Below are positions 8,567-20,095 of a DNA stretch of 35,512 nucleotides, one piece after another; position 1 is the stretch's first letter, and each line of letters begins with the position of its first letter. Both the position numbers and the translations under genes were made by a program. Below the pieces are notes generated by a model. It searched no databases. It saw only the letters and a list, made by a program, of their open reading frames with translations, and had not been told where the DNA came from. Source of the stretch: Candidatus Tenderia sp. (lineage in GTDB: Bacteria; Pseudomonadota; Gammaproteobacteria; Tenderiales; Tenderiaceae); NCBI GenBank assembly GCA_043779675.1, contig JAYWDX010000049.1, positions 1 through 35,512 of the forward strand. Direction: 5' to 3'.

Positions 8567-10581
8567 GAGCGGGAATCGGTAAAACAGCGTGCCGTTTTTT
8601 TGATAAACAGTTCGTGCAGAATCTGAACCGTCAAGACCGAGAACAGTACCCACTCCTGTCGCATCGCCCGGTAATAAGCATTCCCGTCGGATGGTGGGGG
8701 CAGATCAACCAATTCCCCCAGCAGGCGGGTGACCGTTTGCGAATCAAATATACCCGCTTCCCGCACCTTATCCTCTGACAGGAAACGCGATAAACGGTCA
8801 GCATTTTTTGGCGTAAAAAACCATTCACGGATGGGCGTGTAAAAGGCACGTTTTTTATAGGCCGTAGGATTTTCTGGTAATTTTGGCAACATCAACTTGC
8901 GTAGGATGTACTTCTCATCCAGACCATTAAGCTTCAGTGCGGGCGGTACCTTTGCCGCCAACTCCACCAATTTATGGTCAAGAAAAGGGACCCGCGCCTC
9001 CACACCATTGGCCATAGCGAGACGATCCGCCCGCCACAGTATCCAACCCGGCAGACGGGTTTTGGTCTCCAGATACAGGGATTGATTAAGTGGGTGCAAC
9101 CCTTCCAGCTTGGGTTTCAGAGTGATAATCAGTTGTGCCATCTGCTCTTGGTGACCGGCAGACTGTTCCAAAAAATCATCGCTGAACACCCCTTCACTCC
9201 CCTCTCGCAAAATCTGCCAGAAGTCGTACCAGACCGGATAACAACCAAATTGCGAAACGATCTTCTGCTGTTGCCTCGGCTCATGCAAGCGGGCCAGCAT
9301 CTGAAGATAGTCAGAGGCAAAGTCACTACCAAAATCACCTAAATAATAGCGCAGCCGCTCTTCCTGACTTGCCTTCTCATTACCCCACTGACGAATGTAG
9401 TCCTGGCGAAAACAGTCATACCCGCCCAGAATTTCATCCGCCCCCTCGCCGGTATACACAACCTTAAACTGGTTTTCACTCACCCGCTTCGACAACATCA
9501 GCAACGGGATATCCAGCGCCATGCGTTGTGGCTGCTCAACGCTGTACATAGCTTCAACTAATACATCGAGATAATCATCAGTACACTGATCGTCCATATA
9601 GAGATCGTGCAGATCGACTCCGATATGAGCGGCGACGCCACTGGTGACCGGATACTCGTCGTTGTCACTATTGGAGAAACGGATGGTAAAGGCCTGCACA
9701 TGCAGATCTGCATTCTGCTGCAACCAGTAAGTAGTGGTCGCGGAATCGACGCCACCAGAGAGATATGAACCAATAGGCACCTCTCCTATCATATGAGAGC
9801 TCACAGCATCTTGCAGGGCTCCATCAAACTCCCCCAGCCACTGCTCTTCACTGAGGTCATCATATTCACCCTCACGCGGAAAATTCAGATCCCAGTAACA
9901 GACAATCTGTGGCGACTTGCCTGGCGCCAGGGTCATGGTGTGCCCTGGTGCTAACTCAACCACCCCAGAAAATAACGTGTGTGGAGCTATATTGAATTGA
10001 TATGTGAAAAAATTGCGCAACGATTGGGGATTAAATTCCGGTGTAATCTGGCCCGAAGCAAACAGTGATTTGACCTCCGAGGCACCGTATAAGCTGCTGC
10101 CATCCCAGTGGTAGACCAGCGGTTTAATGCCCAGCCTGTCACGCGCCACAAACAACTCATTTGTTAACGAGTCATGAATGGCAAAGGCAAACATACCGCG
10201 CAGACGTGGAACACACTGCGCACCATCACGGATAAATAAATTGAGGATGACCTCAGTATCGGACTGACTATGAAACAGAACGCCCTGCTGTTCGAGTTCC
10301 GCACGCAATGCCTGATAATTATAGATTTCGCCGTTATAGACAATGGCAAAGCGGGCATCTGGGCTAACCATTGGTTGAGCACCGCCACGTATGTCAACAA
10401 TGCTCAGGCGTGTATGCCCCAGCGCCACAGCACCACGCAGAAGATGGTTTTGCGCATCGGGCCCTCGGTGAATCAACGCATTCACCATGCGCTGTATTAC
10501 TGCGACATCAGCCTCACTCTCGGCTAATTTTTCTTGGTATTGGGGGGGGTTATGACGATAGATGAAACAAATTCCACACAT
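8563..10581 (-). CDS. asnB: Asparagine synthetase B-like glutamine amidotransferase (substrate uncertain)
   Basis: N-terminal nucleophile MCGI, HRGPD, LGHTRLSIVD, NGEIYN, SDTEV, RDRLGIKPL, PP-loop LSGGVDS, TGEGADE, RVPFLD. Confidence 0.92.
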   Translation of the reverse strand: MCGICFIYRHNPPQYQEKLAESEADVAVIQRMVNALIHRGPDAQNHLLRGAVALGHTRLSIVDIRGGAQPMVSPDARFAIVYNGEIYNYQALRAELEQQGVLFHSQSDTEVILNLFIRDGAQCVPRLRGMFAFAIHDSLTNELFVARDRLGIKPLVYHWDGSSLYGASEVKSLFASGQITPEFNPQSLRNFFTYQFNIAPHTLFSGVVELAPGHTMTLAPGKSPQIVCYWDLNFPREGEYDDLSEEQWLGEFDGALQDAVSSHMIGEVPIGSYLSGGVDSATTTYWLQQNADLHVQAFTIRFSNSDNDEYPVTSGVAAHIGVDLHDLYMDDQCTDDYLDVLVEAMYSVEQPQRMALDIPLLMLSKRVSENQFKVVYTGEGADEILGGYDCFRQDYIRQWGNEKASQEERLRYYLGDFGSDFASDYLQMLARLHEPRQQQKIVSQFGCYPVWYDFWQILREGSEGVFSDDFLEQSAGHQEQMAQLIITLKPKLEGLHPLNQSLYLETKTRLPGWILWRADRLAMANGVEARVPFLDHKLVELAAKVPPALKLNGLDEKYILRKLMLPKLPENPTAYKKRAFYTPIREWFFTPKNADRLSRFLSEDKVREAGIFDSQTVTRLLGELVDLPPPSDGNAYYRAMRQEWVLFSVLTVQILHELFIKKTARCFTDSRS

Positions 10582-10653
10582 CACAGGCTCTCACATAATC
10601 AATCTCTGCAAACAACGCCGGCTAGTGACAATCTGCGGCCTAATTCACGCAAC

Positions 10654-10679
10654 AAAAAAGGGGCTATTAGCCCCTTTTT
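10654..10679 (-). terminator. Intrinsic terminator after pnp
   Basis: AAAAAAGGGGCTA-T-TAGCCCCTTTTT symmetric hairpin with A/T tracts on both sides. Confidence 0.9.
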
Positions 10680-10704
10680 ACATCAGAGGCACGTTAATAA
10701 ACGC

Positions 10705-12795
10705 TTAAGCCTCTTCGGTCACAGCCTTAATGCTCAGGCGGATACGACCCTGCTTATCTACCTCGAGTACTTTGACCTTAACTATTTCACCTTCGGTGAG
10801 TTTGTCGGCAACATTCTCAACACGCTCACTGGAAATCTGTGAAATATGTACCAAGCCATCCTTACCAGGAAGAATCGTTACAAAGGCACCAAAGTCCATC
10901 AGCTTGGCAACCTTGCCGTCGTAGATCTTGCCTACTTCAACATCAGCCACCAGGTCAAGGATGCGCAGCTTGGCCGCTTCACCGGCTGCCCGATCAACAG
11001 AGGCAACCTTAACAGTACCATCATCATCCAGATCAATTGAGGTGCCCGTCTCTTCCGTCAAGGCACGGATAGTAGCGCCACCCTTGCCGATGACATCACG
11101 GATACGATCAGGATTAATCTTGAAGGTAATAATACGCGGAGCATATTCAGAAAGCTCTTCACGTGGTGCTGTGATCGCTTTGTTCATCTCAGCAAGAATG
11201 AACAGGCGCCCATCTTTTGCTTGGGAGAGCGCAGCCTGCATGATCTCACGAGTAATACCGTCGATCTTGATGTCCATCTGCAGTGCGGTCACACCCGAGC
11301 TAGTGCCTGCAACCTTAAAGTCCATATCACCGAGGTGATCTTCGTCGCCGAGAATATCGCTCAGCACAGCAAAACGATCCGCCTCTTTGATCAGGCCCAT
11401 CGCGATACCAGCCACAGGCGCCTTCAACGGTATACCCGCATCCATCATCGCCAAGCTGCTACCACAGACTGAGGCCATCGAGCTGGAGCCGTTGGACTCA
11501 GTAATTTCGGAGACAACACGTACAACGTAAGGGTAATTGGCCATATCAGGCATTACCGCCTGAACACCACGTTTGGCAAGTCGGCCATGGCCAATCTCGC
11601 GACGCTTGGGACTCCCCACCATACCGGTCTCACCAACACTGTAAGGTGGGAAGTTGTAATGGAACATAAACGGATCTTTACGTTCACCTTCAATGGCATC
11701 GATCATCTGCGCATCTTTACCGGTACCGAGAGTGGTCACAACCAGGGCCTGGGTCTCGCCGCGAGTGAAGAGTGCTGAACCGTGGGTACGTGGCAATACA
11801 CCAATACGGATAGTGATCGGACGGACAGTCTTGGTATCACGACCATCGATACGCGGCTGACCATCAAGGATACGGCCACGCACCACATTACTCTCAAGCT
11901 TGCCGATCATGTCGCCCACATCAGCCTCGCTCCATGAAGGTGTTTCACCACCACACAGGCTGGCGACTGCTTGACTACGGATGGCACCAAGTTCGGCATA
12001 ACGGCTCTGCTTCTCTTTGATCTGATAGGCTTCGTTCAGCTGTGCAGCAACAACTTCTCTAACCGCTGACTCCAGCGCCTCATCATTAGCAGGCTCCTGC
12101 CAGTCCCAAGCCTCAACATCCACTTCATCACGCAGTTCACGGATCGCATTGATCACAACCAGCATCTGTTCGTGACCAAACATGACAGCATCGAGCATCA
12201 CCTGCTCAGAGAGCTCTTTGGCCTCTGACTCCACCATCAGCACTGCACCTTCAGTGCCCGCCACAACCAGGTCAAGCTGTGATTCAGCCAGCTGTGATTT
12301 GCTCGGATTCAGGACAAACTCACCGTTGATGTAACCAACACGTGCAGCACCAATCGGGCCTTTGAAAGGCACACCCGCCATCATCAGCGCCGCAGAGGCA
12401 CCAATCAGGGCTGGGATATCAGGATCAATCTCCGAATCCAATGACACTACGGTCGCAACAATTTGGACCTCGTTGGTAAAGCTGCTTGGAAACAGGGGAC
12501 GGATAGGACGGTCAATCAGACGTGAGGTCAGCGTCTCCTTTTCAGTAGGACGCCCTTCACGCTTGAAGAAGCCACCTGGGATCTTACCCGCAGCATAGGT
12601 TCTCTCTTGATAGTTGACGGTCAGTGGGAAAAAATCACGGCCTGGAATGGCCTTTTTGTGAGCAACGGCAGTCACCAAAACCGTTGTATCACCCATGCTG
12701 CACATCACAGCACCACTAGCCTGTCGGGCAATCTCACCAGTCTCTAAAGTGACGGTGTGGTTACCATACTGAAAAACCTTTTTAATGGGTTTCAT
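10705..12795 (-). CDS. pnp: Polyribonucleotide nucleotidyltransferase
   Basis: [52 protein letters not shown] and S1 domains. Confidence 0.99.
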   Translation of the reverse strand: MKPIKKVFQYGNHTVTLETGEIARQASGAVMCSMGDTTVLVTAVAHKKAIPGRDFFPLTVNYQERTYAAGKIPGGFFKREGRPTEKETLTSRLIDRPIRPLFPSSFTNEVQIVATVVSLDSEIDPDIPALIGASAALMMAGVPFKGPIGAARVGYINGEFVLNPSKSQLAESQLDLVVAGTEGAVLMVESEAKELSEQVMLDAVMFGHEQMLVVINAIRELRDEVDVEAWDWQEPANDEALESAVREVVAAQLNEAYQIKEKQSRYAELGAIRSQAVASLCGGETPSWSEADVGDMIGKLESNVVRGRILDGQPRIDGRDTKTVRPITIRIGVLPRTHGSALFTRGETQALVVTTLGTGKDAQMIDAIEGERKDPFMFHYNFPPYSVGETGMVGSPKRREIGHGRLAKRGVQAVMPDMANYPYVVRVVSEITESNGSSSMASVCGSSLAMMDAGIPLKAPVAGIAMGLIKEADRFAVLSDILGDEDHLGDMDFKVAGTSSGVTALQMDIKIDGITREIMQAALSQAKDGRLFILAEMNKAITAPREELSEYAPRIITFKINPDRIRDVIGKGGATIRALTEETGTSIDLDDDGTVKVASVDRAAGEAAKLRILDLVADVEVGKIYDGKVAKLMDFGAFVTILPGKDGLVHISQISSERVENVADKLTEGEIVKVKVLEVDKQGRIRLSIKAVTEEA

Positions 12796-12887
12796 TAACT
12801 ATCCTTAAAGTTCTTATTGGGTATTTAACAAAGATCCAGGATTGTTCTGGCTCTAGTGCGGGGCGCGATGGCCATACCAACAACAAC

Positions 12888-12926
12888 AAACCGCCCTGTA
12901 CATCCTTGGATGTTTAACAGGGCGGT
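12888..12926 (-). terminator. Hairpin downstream of rpsO (terminator-like)
   Basis: Minus strand ACCGCCCTGT...ACATCC-AA-GGATGT-ACAGGGCGGT followed by TTGTTGTT. Confidence 0.6.
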
Positions 12927-12952
12927 CTGCCTGGTCCAGATTAGCATTCCGC

Positions 12953-13222
12953 TTAGCGGCGCAAACCAAGACGGGTAATCAGCGCGCGGTAGCGGTCTTG
13001 ATCTTTCTTCTTCAGGTAGTCCAGTAATTTACGACGCTGACTTACCATTCTCAACAAACCCTGACGTGAGTGATGGTCATGGGAATGCTTCTTGAAATGA
13101 TCAGAGAGCTGATCGATACGGGCGCTCAACAGAGCAACCTGAACTTCAGGAGATCCGGTATCCCCTATGGCACGCTGAAAATCACCGACGACTTTCTGCT
13201 TGGCTTCTGCATTCAAAGACAT
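12953..13222 (-). CDS. rpsO: 30S ribosomal protein S15
   Basis: [29 protein letters not shown]; 89 aa from ATG 13222 with GGAG RBS. Confidence 0.99.
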   Translation of the reverse strand: MSLNAEAKQKVVGDFQRAIGDTGSPEVQVALLSARIDQLSDHFKKHSHDHHSRQGLLRMVSQRRKLLDYLKKKDQDRYRALITRLGLRR

Positions 13223-13265
13223 GTTATCTCCCAAATAAAACGCTACACAACTCGATAAGCGGCGT

Positions 13266-13294
13266 ATTTTACAGCCGCATCAGGCCCGGTACAA
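13266..13294 (-). promoter_or_regulatory. Sigma70 promoter of rpsO
   Basis: TTGTAC-N17-TAAAAT followed by GC-rich discriminator ACGCCGC. Confidence 0.75.
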
Positions 13295-13343
13295 GCACGG
13301 AATTGGCCCATTTCCCACCGAGAAGGCAGGTTGAGCATTAATT

Positions 13344-14264
13344 CTAGCGATTCACCAGGCGTTTCGGGGCGACTCTACCATCCTCTAAGATGTGGCCGAC
13401 CCCCAGAAAACCCTCTTTACTACCATACAACTTAACCAATCCTGTCGCCGGTGCCTTTGGCACTAGCACTGCCTGGCCACGCTTTACATAGAATACCATC
13501 TCATCGGTGAGCGAGACACCTGGCCACTGGGCCAATGCACTATCCATCGGTAGCAGTCGTGCGTCGATCCCTGCAAAACCATCATTTTCAAGGATCGCCG
13601 CCAAGCGCTCAAGCGTTACCGTCTCATCGAGATTATGGCCACTCACCTGAGTACGACGCAACACCGCAACATGGGCGCCACACCCCAATACATCCCCAAC
13701 ATCTTCAGAAAGGGTGCGGATATAGGTCCCTTTTGAGCATTTAACATGCAGGTCGATCTCATCGGCAGCTTGGCGCAGCAACTCAATCTGATAGATGGTC
13801 ACCTGGCGCGACTGGCGCTCAATCTCCAGCCCCTGATGCGCCAGCTTGTAGAGCGGCTGACCATTAACCTTAAGGGCTGAGTGCATCGGCGGCACCTGTT
13901 GAATCACACCGGTAAACCGCTCCAGCACCGCACGCAACAACTGCTCACCAATCTCCGGCACCGGACGGGTCTCGATCACATCGCCCTCGATATCCGCAGT
14001 ATTGGTCTTTTCTCCCAACTTGAGAGTGACAAAATAACCCTTGTCGGCCTCAAGCAGATATCCCGAGATTTTGGTCGCCTCACCCAAACAGATTGGCAGC
14101 AGGCCTGTGGCAATCGGGTCGAGGCTGCCGGTATGACCTGCCTTATTGGCATTGAAGAGGCGTTTCACCTTCTGCAATGCGACATTGGAGGTCATACCCG
14201 CCGACTTATCGAGTAAAAAGATGCCATGGACATCTCTGCCCGGTGTGCGCCGCTGCTGTGCCAC
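13344..14264 (-). CDS. truB: tRNA pseudouridine(55) synthase
   Basis: KAGHTGSLDP, QVPPMHSALK, CSKGTYIRTL; operon position. Confidence 0.98.
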   Translation of the reverse strand: MAQQRRTPGRDVHGIFLLDKSAGMTSNVALQKVKRLFNANKAGHTGSLDPIATGLLPICLGEATKISGYLLEADKGYFVTLKLGEKTNTADIEGDVIETRPVPEIGEQLLRAVLERFTGVIQQVPPMHSALKVNGQPLYKLAHQGLEIERQSRQVTIYQIELLRQAADEIDLHVKCSKGTYIRTLSEDVGDVLGCGAHVAVLRRTQVSGHNLDETVTLERLAAILENDGFAGIDARLLPMDSALAQWPGVSLTDEMVFYVKRGQAVLVPKAPATGLVKLYGSKEGFLGVGHILEDGRVAPKRLVNR

Positions 14265-14282
14265 GCCTAGACCATGAACAAA

Positions 14283-14648
14283 CTATTTTTCACCGCGATC
14301 AGATGCCAGCGCGGCATTGATGAGCGCGTTGATATTGGCACCATTTTCAACAGAGGCGTCATACAGAAACGTCAGTTGTGGCGTAATGCGCAACTTCATA
14401 CGCTTGCCCAGTTCACGCCGCAGAAAACCTGCCGCATGGTTCAGCGCAACCAACACCTCGTCCACACTATTCTCCGGATTAAACATGGTGATGTAGACCT
14501 TGGCATGGGCCATATCTCGGGTCACGTCCACACCGGAGACTGTCACCAGTCCCACACGTGGATCGTTGAGCTGAAATTGGATCAAATCAGCCAGCTCGCG
14601 CTGTATCTGCGAGCCGACCCGCTGGCTACGACTAAATTCTCTGGCCAT
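14283..14648 (-). CDS. rbfA: 30S ribosome-binding factor A
   Basis: RSQRVGSQIQRELA, DPRV, LRITPQLTFLYD; operon position. Confidence 0.98.
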   Translation of the reverse strand: MAREFSRSQRVGSQIQRELADLIQFQLNDPRVGLVTVSGVDVTRDMAHAKVYITMFNPENSVDEVLVALNHAAGFLRRELGKRMKLRITPQLTFLYDASVENGANINALINAALASDRGEK

Positions 14649-14669
14649 GACGCTCTACCGTTTTTGTAA

Positions 14670-17219
14670 TCAAGTGATGAACTTGGCAACTTCGGTACGT
14701 TCGTAGACCTCGATCTGGTCTCCTGGGCGTACGTCGTTGTAATCCTTAACACCGATACCACACTCGGTACCAGAGCGCACTTCACCAACGTCATCCTTAA
14801 AGCGACGCAACGATTCGAGCGCACCTTCATAAATAACCACGTTGTCACGCAACACACGGATCGGATTATTACGTTTGACCACACCATCGATAACCAAACA
14901 ACCAGCAATGGCGCCAATCTTGGGTGAGCGGAAGACATCACGAACCTCTGCCAGACCCACAATCACTTCGCGAATCTCAGGTGACAACATACCTGACAAC
15001 GCATGTTTGACGTCATCGATAATGTCGTAAATCACGCTGTAATAACGCAGATCAACACCAGTCTCTTGGCAGATACGTTTTGCAGCACTATCAGCACGGA
15101 CATTAAAGCCCATGACAATCGCCTGCGACGCTGCTGCCAGATTGACGTCTGACTCGGTAATACCACCTACGCCACTGGCAAGAATCTTAACCCTGACTTC
15201 ATCGGTAGAGAGCTTGGTCAGTGCATCACGCAACGCCTCGGCACTACCCTGTACGTCGGTCTTGATAACCAGGTTAAGGGCGCTGATTTTGCCCTCCTCC
15301 ATCTGTGAAAAGACATCTTCAAGCTTGGATGCCTGCTGCCGTGCCAACTTCACATCACGGAACTTGCCTTGACGGAATAGGGCGATTTCACGCGCCTTAC
15401 GCTCATCAGAGATAACAGCCGCATTGTCACCCGCGTTCGGAGTACCGGAGAGGCCCAACACCTGCACCGGAATCGAAGGCCCGGCAGAGTCAACTTGCTG
15501 GCCGTTCTCATCAAACAGGGCGCGAACACGACCATACTCTTTACCCACCAGCAATATATCACCCTTGTTCAGAGTGCCGCTCTGCACCAATACTGTTGCC
15601 ACTACACCGCGCCCTTTATCCAGGCTCGATTCAACAACGACACCAGTGGCATGGCCATCCTTGACCGCTTTCAGCTCCATTACTTCAGCTTGCAACAGAA
15701 TAGCTTCGAGCAGCTGATCGATACCGGCACCGGTCTTGGCCGAGACGTGAACAAACATCGAATCACCGCCCCACTCTTCGGGAATAACGCCCTGGGCGAC
15801 GAGCTCCTGTTTAACACGATCAGGGTCAGCGTCATGTTTGTCGACCTTGTTCACCGCCACCAGTATTGGCACACCAGCTGCCCGAGCATGATGAATTGCC
15901 TCTATCGTTTGAGGCATAACACCATCATCAGCCGCCACCACCAGAATAACAATGTCGGTTGCCTGGGCGCCACGGGCACGCATTGCCGTAAAGGCAGCGT
16001 GGCCTGGGGTATCAAGGAAGGTGACCATGCCGCGGTCAGTCTCCACATGATAAGCACCGATATGCTGGGTAATGCCGCCCGCCTCACCCGCCGCAACCTT
16101 GGCACGACGAATGTAATCGAGCAGTGAAGTCTTGCCATGGTCAACGTGACCCATGATCGTGACAACCGGAGCGCGGCTGATCAGCTCGCCCTTATGACCG
16201 GTCTGCACTTCAAGCAGCTCAGCCTCAAGTGCATCTTCACGCATTAACTTAGGTGTATGACCCATCTCCTCTACCACAATGGCAGCAGTATCCTGGTCGA
16301 TCACCTGATTGATGGTCACCATGGTGCCCATCTTCATCATCACCTTGATGACTTCAGCAGCCTTGACCGACATCTTCTGCGCCAGCTCGGCAACAGTAAT
16401 GGTCTCAGGGATTGCAACTTCATGGGTCACTGGTGCCTGAGGCTTCTGGAAGCCATGCGGACCCGCAGCAACCACCACACGACCGCGACTTGGGGTGTGA
16501 GATTTTTTCTTGCGTCGGCCAGCCTTATCAGCAGAGACATGCAGCTCTTCACGATCAAAGCCGCCCTTCTTACCCTTGCCACTAAACGGCTCATCGGCAG
16601 CGCCCTTGGCGCGCTTTTTGGGTTTTTTATCCTTGCCTACATCGGTAACAGTAGCTGCATCCGGTGTGATTGGCGCCACAACAACCCGCACCGTGGCCTC
16701 AGCGGCCGCCTGCTGAATCATCTGTTCGGCCGCCTGCCTTGCGGCAATCTCCATCTCGGCACGACGCTGCTCCTCCTGGAGCTGTGTCCGGATAGCCTCT
16801 TCCGCCGCCAAGCGTGCATTCTCTTGTGCACGCTCTTCACTGATGATTTCCGGCACAACCTCTTCTTCCTGAGGCTCTTGTGCTTCATCACCTGAGGCGT
16901 CCGTGGGACGATCAACGTAGGTACGGCGCTTACGCACCTCAACACTTACCGTTTTGGCACGCCCAGGTGTCCCGGCTTGCTTGAGTTCACTCACGGTCTT
17001 GCGCTTCAGGGTTATTTTCTTCGAAGAGACTGCCTCTTCTGCAACCTCAACAACATCACTCCCCTTACGCAGATGCTTGAGCAACTGCACTTTGCCTTCA
17101 TCACTGATGGTGGCGTCGGCGCTTGGCACCGGCACACCCGCTTCATCAAGCTGGACAAGCAAGCGATCAACCGGAATGCCAACCGCATCTGCCAATTGCT
17201 TTACTGTTACTTCTGACAT
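14670..17219 (-). CDS. infB: Translation initiation factor IF-2
   Basis: [36 protein letters not shown]...ECGI. Confidence 0.99.
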   Translation of the reverse strand: MSEVTVKQLADAVGIPVDRLLVQLDEAGVPVPSADATISDEGKVQLLKHLRKGSDVVEVAEEAVSSKKITLKRKTVSELKQAGTPGRAKTVSVEVRKRRTYVDRPTDASGDEAQEPQEEEVVPEIISEERAQENARLAAEEAIRTQLQEEQRRAEMEIAARQAAEQMIQQAAAEATVRVVVAPITPDAATVTDVGKDKKPKKRAKGAADEPFSGKGKKGGFDREELHVSADKAGRRKKKSHTPSRGRVVVAAGPHGFQKPQAPVTHEVAIPETITVAELAQKMSVKAAEVIKVMMKMGTMVTINQVIDQDTAAIVVEEMGHTPKLMREDALEAELLEVQTGHKGELISRAPVVTIMGHVDHGKTSLLDYIRRAKVAAGEAGGITQHIGAYHVETDRGMVTFLDTPGHAAFTAMRARGAQATDIVILVVAADDGVMPQTIEAIHHARAAGVPILVAVNKVDKHDADPDRVKQELVAQGVIPEEWGGDSMFVHVSAKTGAGIDQLLEAILLQAEVMELKAVKDGHATGVVVESSLDKGRGVVATVLVQSGTLNKGDILLVGKEYGRVRALFDENGQQVDSAGPSIPVQVLGLSGTPNAGDNAAVISDERKAREIALFRQGKFRDVKLARQQASKLEDVFSQMEEGKISALNLVIKTDVQGSAEALRDALTKLSTDEVRVKILASGVGGITESDVNLAAASQAIVMGFNVRADSAAKRICQETGVDLRYYSVIYDIIDDVKHALSGMLSPEIREVIVGLAEVRDVFRSPKIGAIAGCLVIDGVVKRNNPIRVLRDNVVIYEGALESLRRFKDDVGEVRSGTECGIGVKDYNDVRPGDQIEVYERTEVAKFIT

Positions 17220-17264
17220 TGCTGCCTACCCCTCTTACTCAAGTGCTCTTAATCCTTGGTGCTG

Positions 17265-18749
17265 TTAAGCAAACCAAGGGGCACGAGCGGTCATAATCAA
17301 TCGACTGGCACGCTCTTCATCCAAGCCAGCCACATCACCCAGTTCATCCAGCGACTGTTCCGCCAGATCTTCCATGGTGATTACACCCTTGGCTGCTAAC
17401 GCATAGGCCAGGGACTCGTCCATACCTTCCATCTCCAGCAGATCCTTGGCAGGCTGCTTGTGAACATGTTTCTCTTCGCCAGCTATCGCCTTTGTGAGCA
17501 ATACATCACGGGCACGATTACGCAACTCGTTGACCATGTCTTCGTCAAACTCTTCAATCTGCAGCATCTCCTGCACCGGCACGTAGGCCACCTCTTCAAT
17601 AGAGCTGAACCCCTCCTGCACCAGGATTGAGGCAACTTCCTCATCCACATCAAGCTGCTCTTTAAACAGATTGAGCACTGCCGCAGATTCCTGCTCGCTC
17701 TTTTTCTCAGCATCGGTCTCGGTCATTACGTTCAACTCCCAACCGGTTAACTGGCTGGCAAGACGAACATTTTGACCGCCACGGCCGATGGCCTGGGACA
17801 GATTTTCTTCAGAGACGGCAACATCCATGGTGTGACTCTCTTCATCCACCACAATGGAGACCACTTCGGCAGGTGACATGGCGTTAATCACAAACTGCGC
17901 GACGTTATCATCATAAAGAATGATATCAACACGCTCACCACCCAGCTCATTAGAGACCGCTTGCACACGCGAACCGCGCATACCGACACACGCACCCACT
18001 GGATCGATGCGCTTATCGTTACTCTTGACGGCAATCTTGGCGCGCACACCTGGGTCACGTGCAGCAGCCCGGATCTCGATCAGCCCCTCACCAGCCTCCG
18101 GCACCTCAAGCTTGAACAGCTCGATTAGCAGCTCGGGAGCGGTACGACTAATAAACAGCTGCGGACCACGTGGCTCGGGACGTACGTCGCGCAGATAACC
18201 ACGGACACGATCACCGGTGCGCAACGATTCACGTGGAATCATATCTTCACGGCTGATCAACGCCTCAACATTACCACCCAGATCCAGGATGATGCTGCCA
18301 CGATCATTACGTTTAACGATGCCCATCACCAGTTCGCCAATGCGTCCTTTATAGGCATCCACCACCTGCATCCTTTCGGCTTCACGCACCTTCTGCACAA
18401 TAACCTGCTTGGCAGTTTGCGCCGAAATACGGCCAAATTCGACAGATTCGAGCGCCTCTTCTATATATTCACCCGCATTGATCTTGGGGCTCTTGGCGCG
18501 CGCGTCTGCCAACATGATCTGATAATCGGGAGATTCAAACTCCTCCTCATCTTCCACCACCAGCCAGCGACGGAAGGTCTCATGATCGCCAGTCTCGCGA
18601 TTAATGGAGACACGCACATCAACCTCGCCCTCATAACGCTTTTTGGTGGCGGTTGCCAACGCGGCCTCCATCGCCCCGAAAATGATGCTTTTATCAACAC
18701 CCTTTTCGTTGGATACAGCCTCTACTACCAATAAGATCTCTTTGCTCAT
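17265..18749 (-). CDS. nusA: Transcription elongation factor NusA
   Basis: [51 protein letters not shown]-terminal ARAPWF. Confidence 0.99.
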   Translation of the reverse strand: MSKEILLVVEAVSNEKGVDKSIIFGAMEAALATATKKRYEGEVDVRVSINRETGDHETFRRWLVVEDEEEFESPDYQIMLADARAKSPKINAGEYIEEALESVEFGRISAQTAKQVIVQKVREAERMQVVDAYKGRIGELVMGIVKRNDRGSIILDLGGNVEALISREDMIPRESLRTGDRVRGYLRDVRPEPRGPQLFISRTAPELLIELFKLEVPEAGEGLIEIRAAARDPGVRAKIAVKSNDKRIDPVGACVGMRGSRVQAVSNELGGERVDIILYDDNVAQFVINAMSPAEVVSIVVDEESHTMDVAVSEENLSQAIGRGGQNVRLASQLTGWELNVMTETDAEKKSEQESAAVLNLFKEQLDVDEEVASILVQEGFSSIEEVAYVPVQEMLQIEEFDEDMVNELRNRARDVLLTKAIAGEEKHVHKQPAKDLLEMEGMDESLAYALAAKGVITMEDLAEQSLDELGDVAGLDEERASRLIMTARAPWFA

Positions 18750-18785
18750 AGCTCAGCCTCTGTTCAGCACTGCCCTACTAAATCT

Positions 18786-19247
18786 TCAGAGTTCAGGCAC
18801 AAGGCGTGCCTTCTCCACATCTTCAAACGAGAACTGCTTGGTTTCACCTTCAAACTCAACGGTGATTACCCCAGACACAATTCCCAATAATTTGGCGGTC
18901 ATCTTACGGCGCCCATCAATCGGCGCCGCCAGCTGCACCTTAATATCACGACCGGCAAACCGCTCATAATCTTTTTCACTAAACAGCAAACGGTCCAATC
19001 CGGGAGAAGAAACCTCCAGTGAGTAACGTCCGGCGATAGGATCTTCCACATCAAAAACAGCGCTGACCTGGCGACTCACTTTTTCGCAATCACTGACTGT
19101 CACACCGCCATCGGGATTGTCTATATATATCCGCAACAGCGAATGGTGCCCCTGCGGCAGATGCTCCACACCCGCAAGTTCATACCCCAGCCCCGCCACA
19201 ACGGGTCCAATCAAATTCAACAATTTTACCGGGGCCTGTCGGGCCAT
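18786..19247 (-). CDS. rimP: Ribosome maturation factor RimP
   Basis: LRIYID, DCEKVSRQVS, YSLEVSSPGLDR, KARLVP; start at ATG 19247 behind AAGGTGG. Confidence 0.97.
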   Translation of the reverse strand: MARQAPVKLLNLIGPVVAGLGYELAGVEHLPQGHHSLLRIYIDNPDGGVTVSDCEKVSRQVSAVFDVEDPIAGRYSLEVSSPGLDRLLFSEKDYERFAGRDIKVQLAAPIDGRRKMTAKLLGIVSGVITVEFEGETKQFSFEDVEKARLVPEL

Positions 19248-19261
19248 GAAGTCCACCTTAA

Positions 19262-19335
19262 AACAAAAATGGGCCATGGGCCCATTTCCAAAATCCAGAA
19301 AATCCGCACCTAACAAAAAGCCCCGCATTCGGGGC
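19262..19335 (-). promoter_or_regulatory. rimP leader: attenuator/terminator hairpins
   Basis: Minus strand GCCCCG-AATG-CGGGGC-TTTTT, then AATGGGCC-CAT-GGCCCATT-TTTGTTT next to the RBS; matches the arrangement of the gammaproteobacterial rimP leader. Confidence 0.7.
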
Positions 19336-19478
19336 CTTGGCAGCAAACAGACAACTACACCAGAGCAGGCGCCCGTCTACTTCATGATCGCGCACCCTTC
19401 ATGGCGCCAGACCATAACAAAAAGACAAGCCAAGGTCAATATTTCATTCTTTAAGTCAAGCCATCTATGACGTGCTTG

Positions 19479-19512
19479 AAAAAAAACAGCCGACGCTAGG
19501 TCGGCTGTTTTT
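19479..19512 (-). terminator. Intrinsic terminator after tRNA-fMet
   Basis: Minus strand AAAAACAGCCGAC-CTAGC-GTCGGCTGTTTTT plus further Ts. Confidence 0.9.
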
Positions 19513-19520
19513 ATCTAACT

Positions 19521-19597
<77 letters not shown>

Positions 19598-19609
19598 TCG
19601 GCGAAGAGC

Positions 19610-19638
19610 ATATTACTGATTTCATTAGGCAATAGCAA
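19610..19638 (-). promoter_or_regulatory. Sigma70 promoter of metY
   Basis: TTGCTA-N17-TAATAT, 12 nt upstream of the tRNA 5' end. Confidence 0.65.
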
Positions 19639-19714
19639 GGGGAATGTGTGATTAAAAACTCTGGAGTGCATATTATTTTACGGCGTTACTCGCTACCGCC
19701 ACAAACATATGGGC

Positions 19715-20095
19715 TTATACAGACAGCAACGTCACAAACGCTACGGCATACTCGTCTTCATCAGAGATGCTGAGGTGACGCACGCCGATGCCGAGTTCAC
19801 GGCAAAGCTCTTCGCCACGACCATTCATTTCGATTAAGGGTTTGCCCTTGGCATCATGGCCCACGGCAATGTGGCGCAATGAGAGCCCATCACGGAAACC
19901 GGTGCCCAACGCCTTGGCCATCGCCTCTTTGGCAGCGAAGCGTTTGGCCAGATAACTGACTGGTCTGGCGGCATTGCGATAGCCTTCTAGCTCAGAGTCG
20001 GCCAGGATGCGTTCGGCGAATCTGTCGCCATGGCGCTCCAACCCCTGCGCAATTCTGGCGATGGCGACGATGTCGGTGCCGATACCAAAGATCAT
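19715..20095 (-). CDS. acpS: Holo-ACP synthase
   Basis: [24 protein letters not shown]; ATGA overlap with pdxJ. Confidence 0.98.
   Translation of the reverse strand: MIFGIGTDIVAIARIAQGLERHGDRFAERILADSELEGYRNAARPVSYLAKRFAAKEAMAKALGTGFRDGLSLRHIAVGHDAKGKPLIEMNGRGEELCRELGIGVRHLSISDEDEYAVAFVTLLSV

Noticed and set aside
8567-8653. N-terminal extension of the ABC exporter overlapping asnB
   Set aside because: The GTGA stop/start overlap at 8563-8566 is a more plausible start.
10542-10549. G8 tract near the asnB 5' end as a phase-variation switch
   Set aside because: The frame is intact (NPPQ) and a single sequence gives no evidence of length variation.
6502-10581. Classical lasso peptide cluster
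   Set aside because: The peptide has no Asp/Glu acceptor or leader, no B1/B2 (RRE/protease) genes are present, and the AsnB-like protein retains an intact glutaminase N-terminus.
15495-16895. Plus-strand ORFs of 210 and 212 aa
   Set aside because: Antisense shadows of infB.
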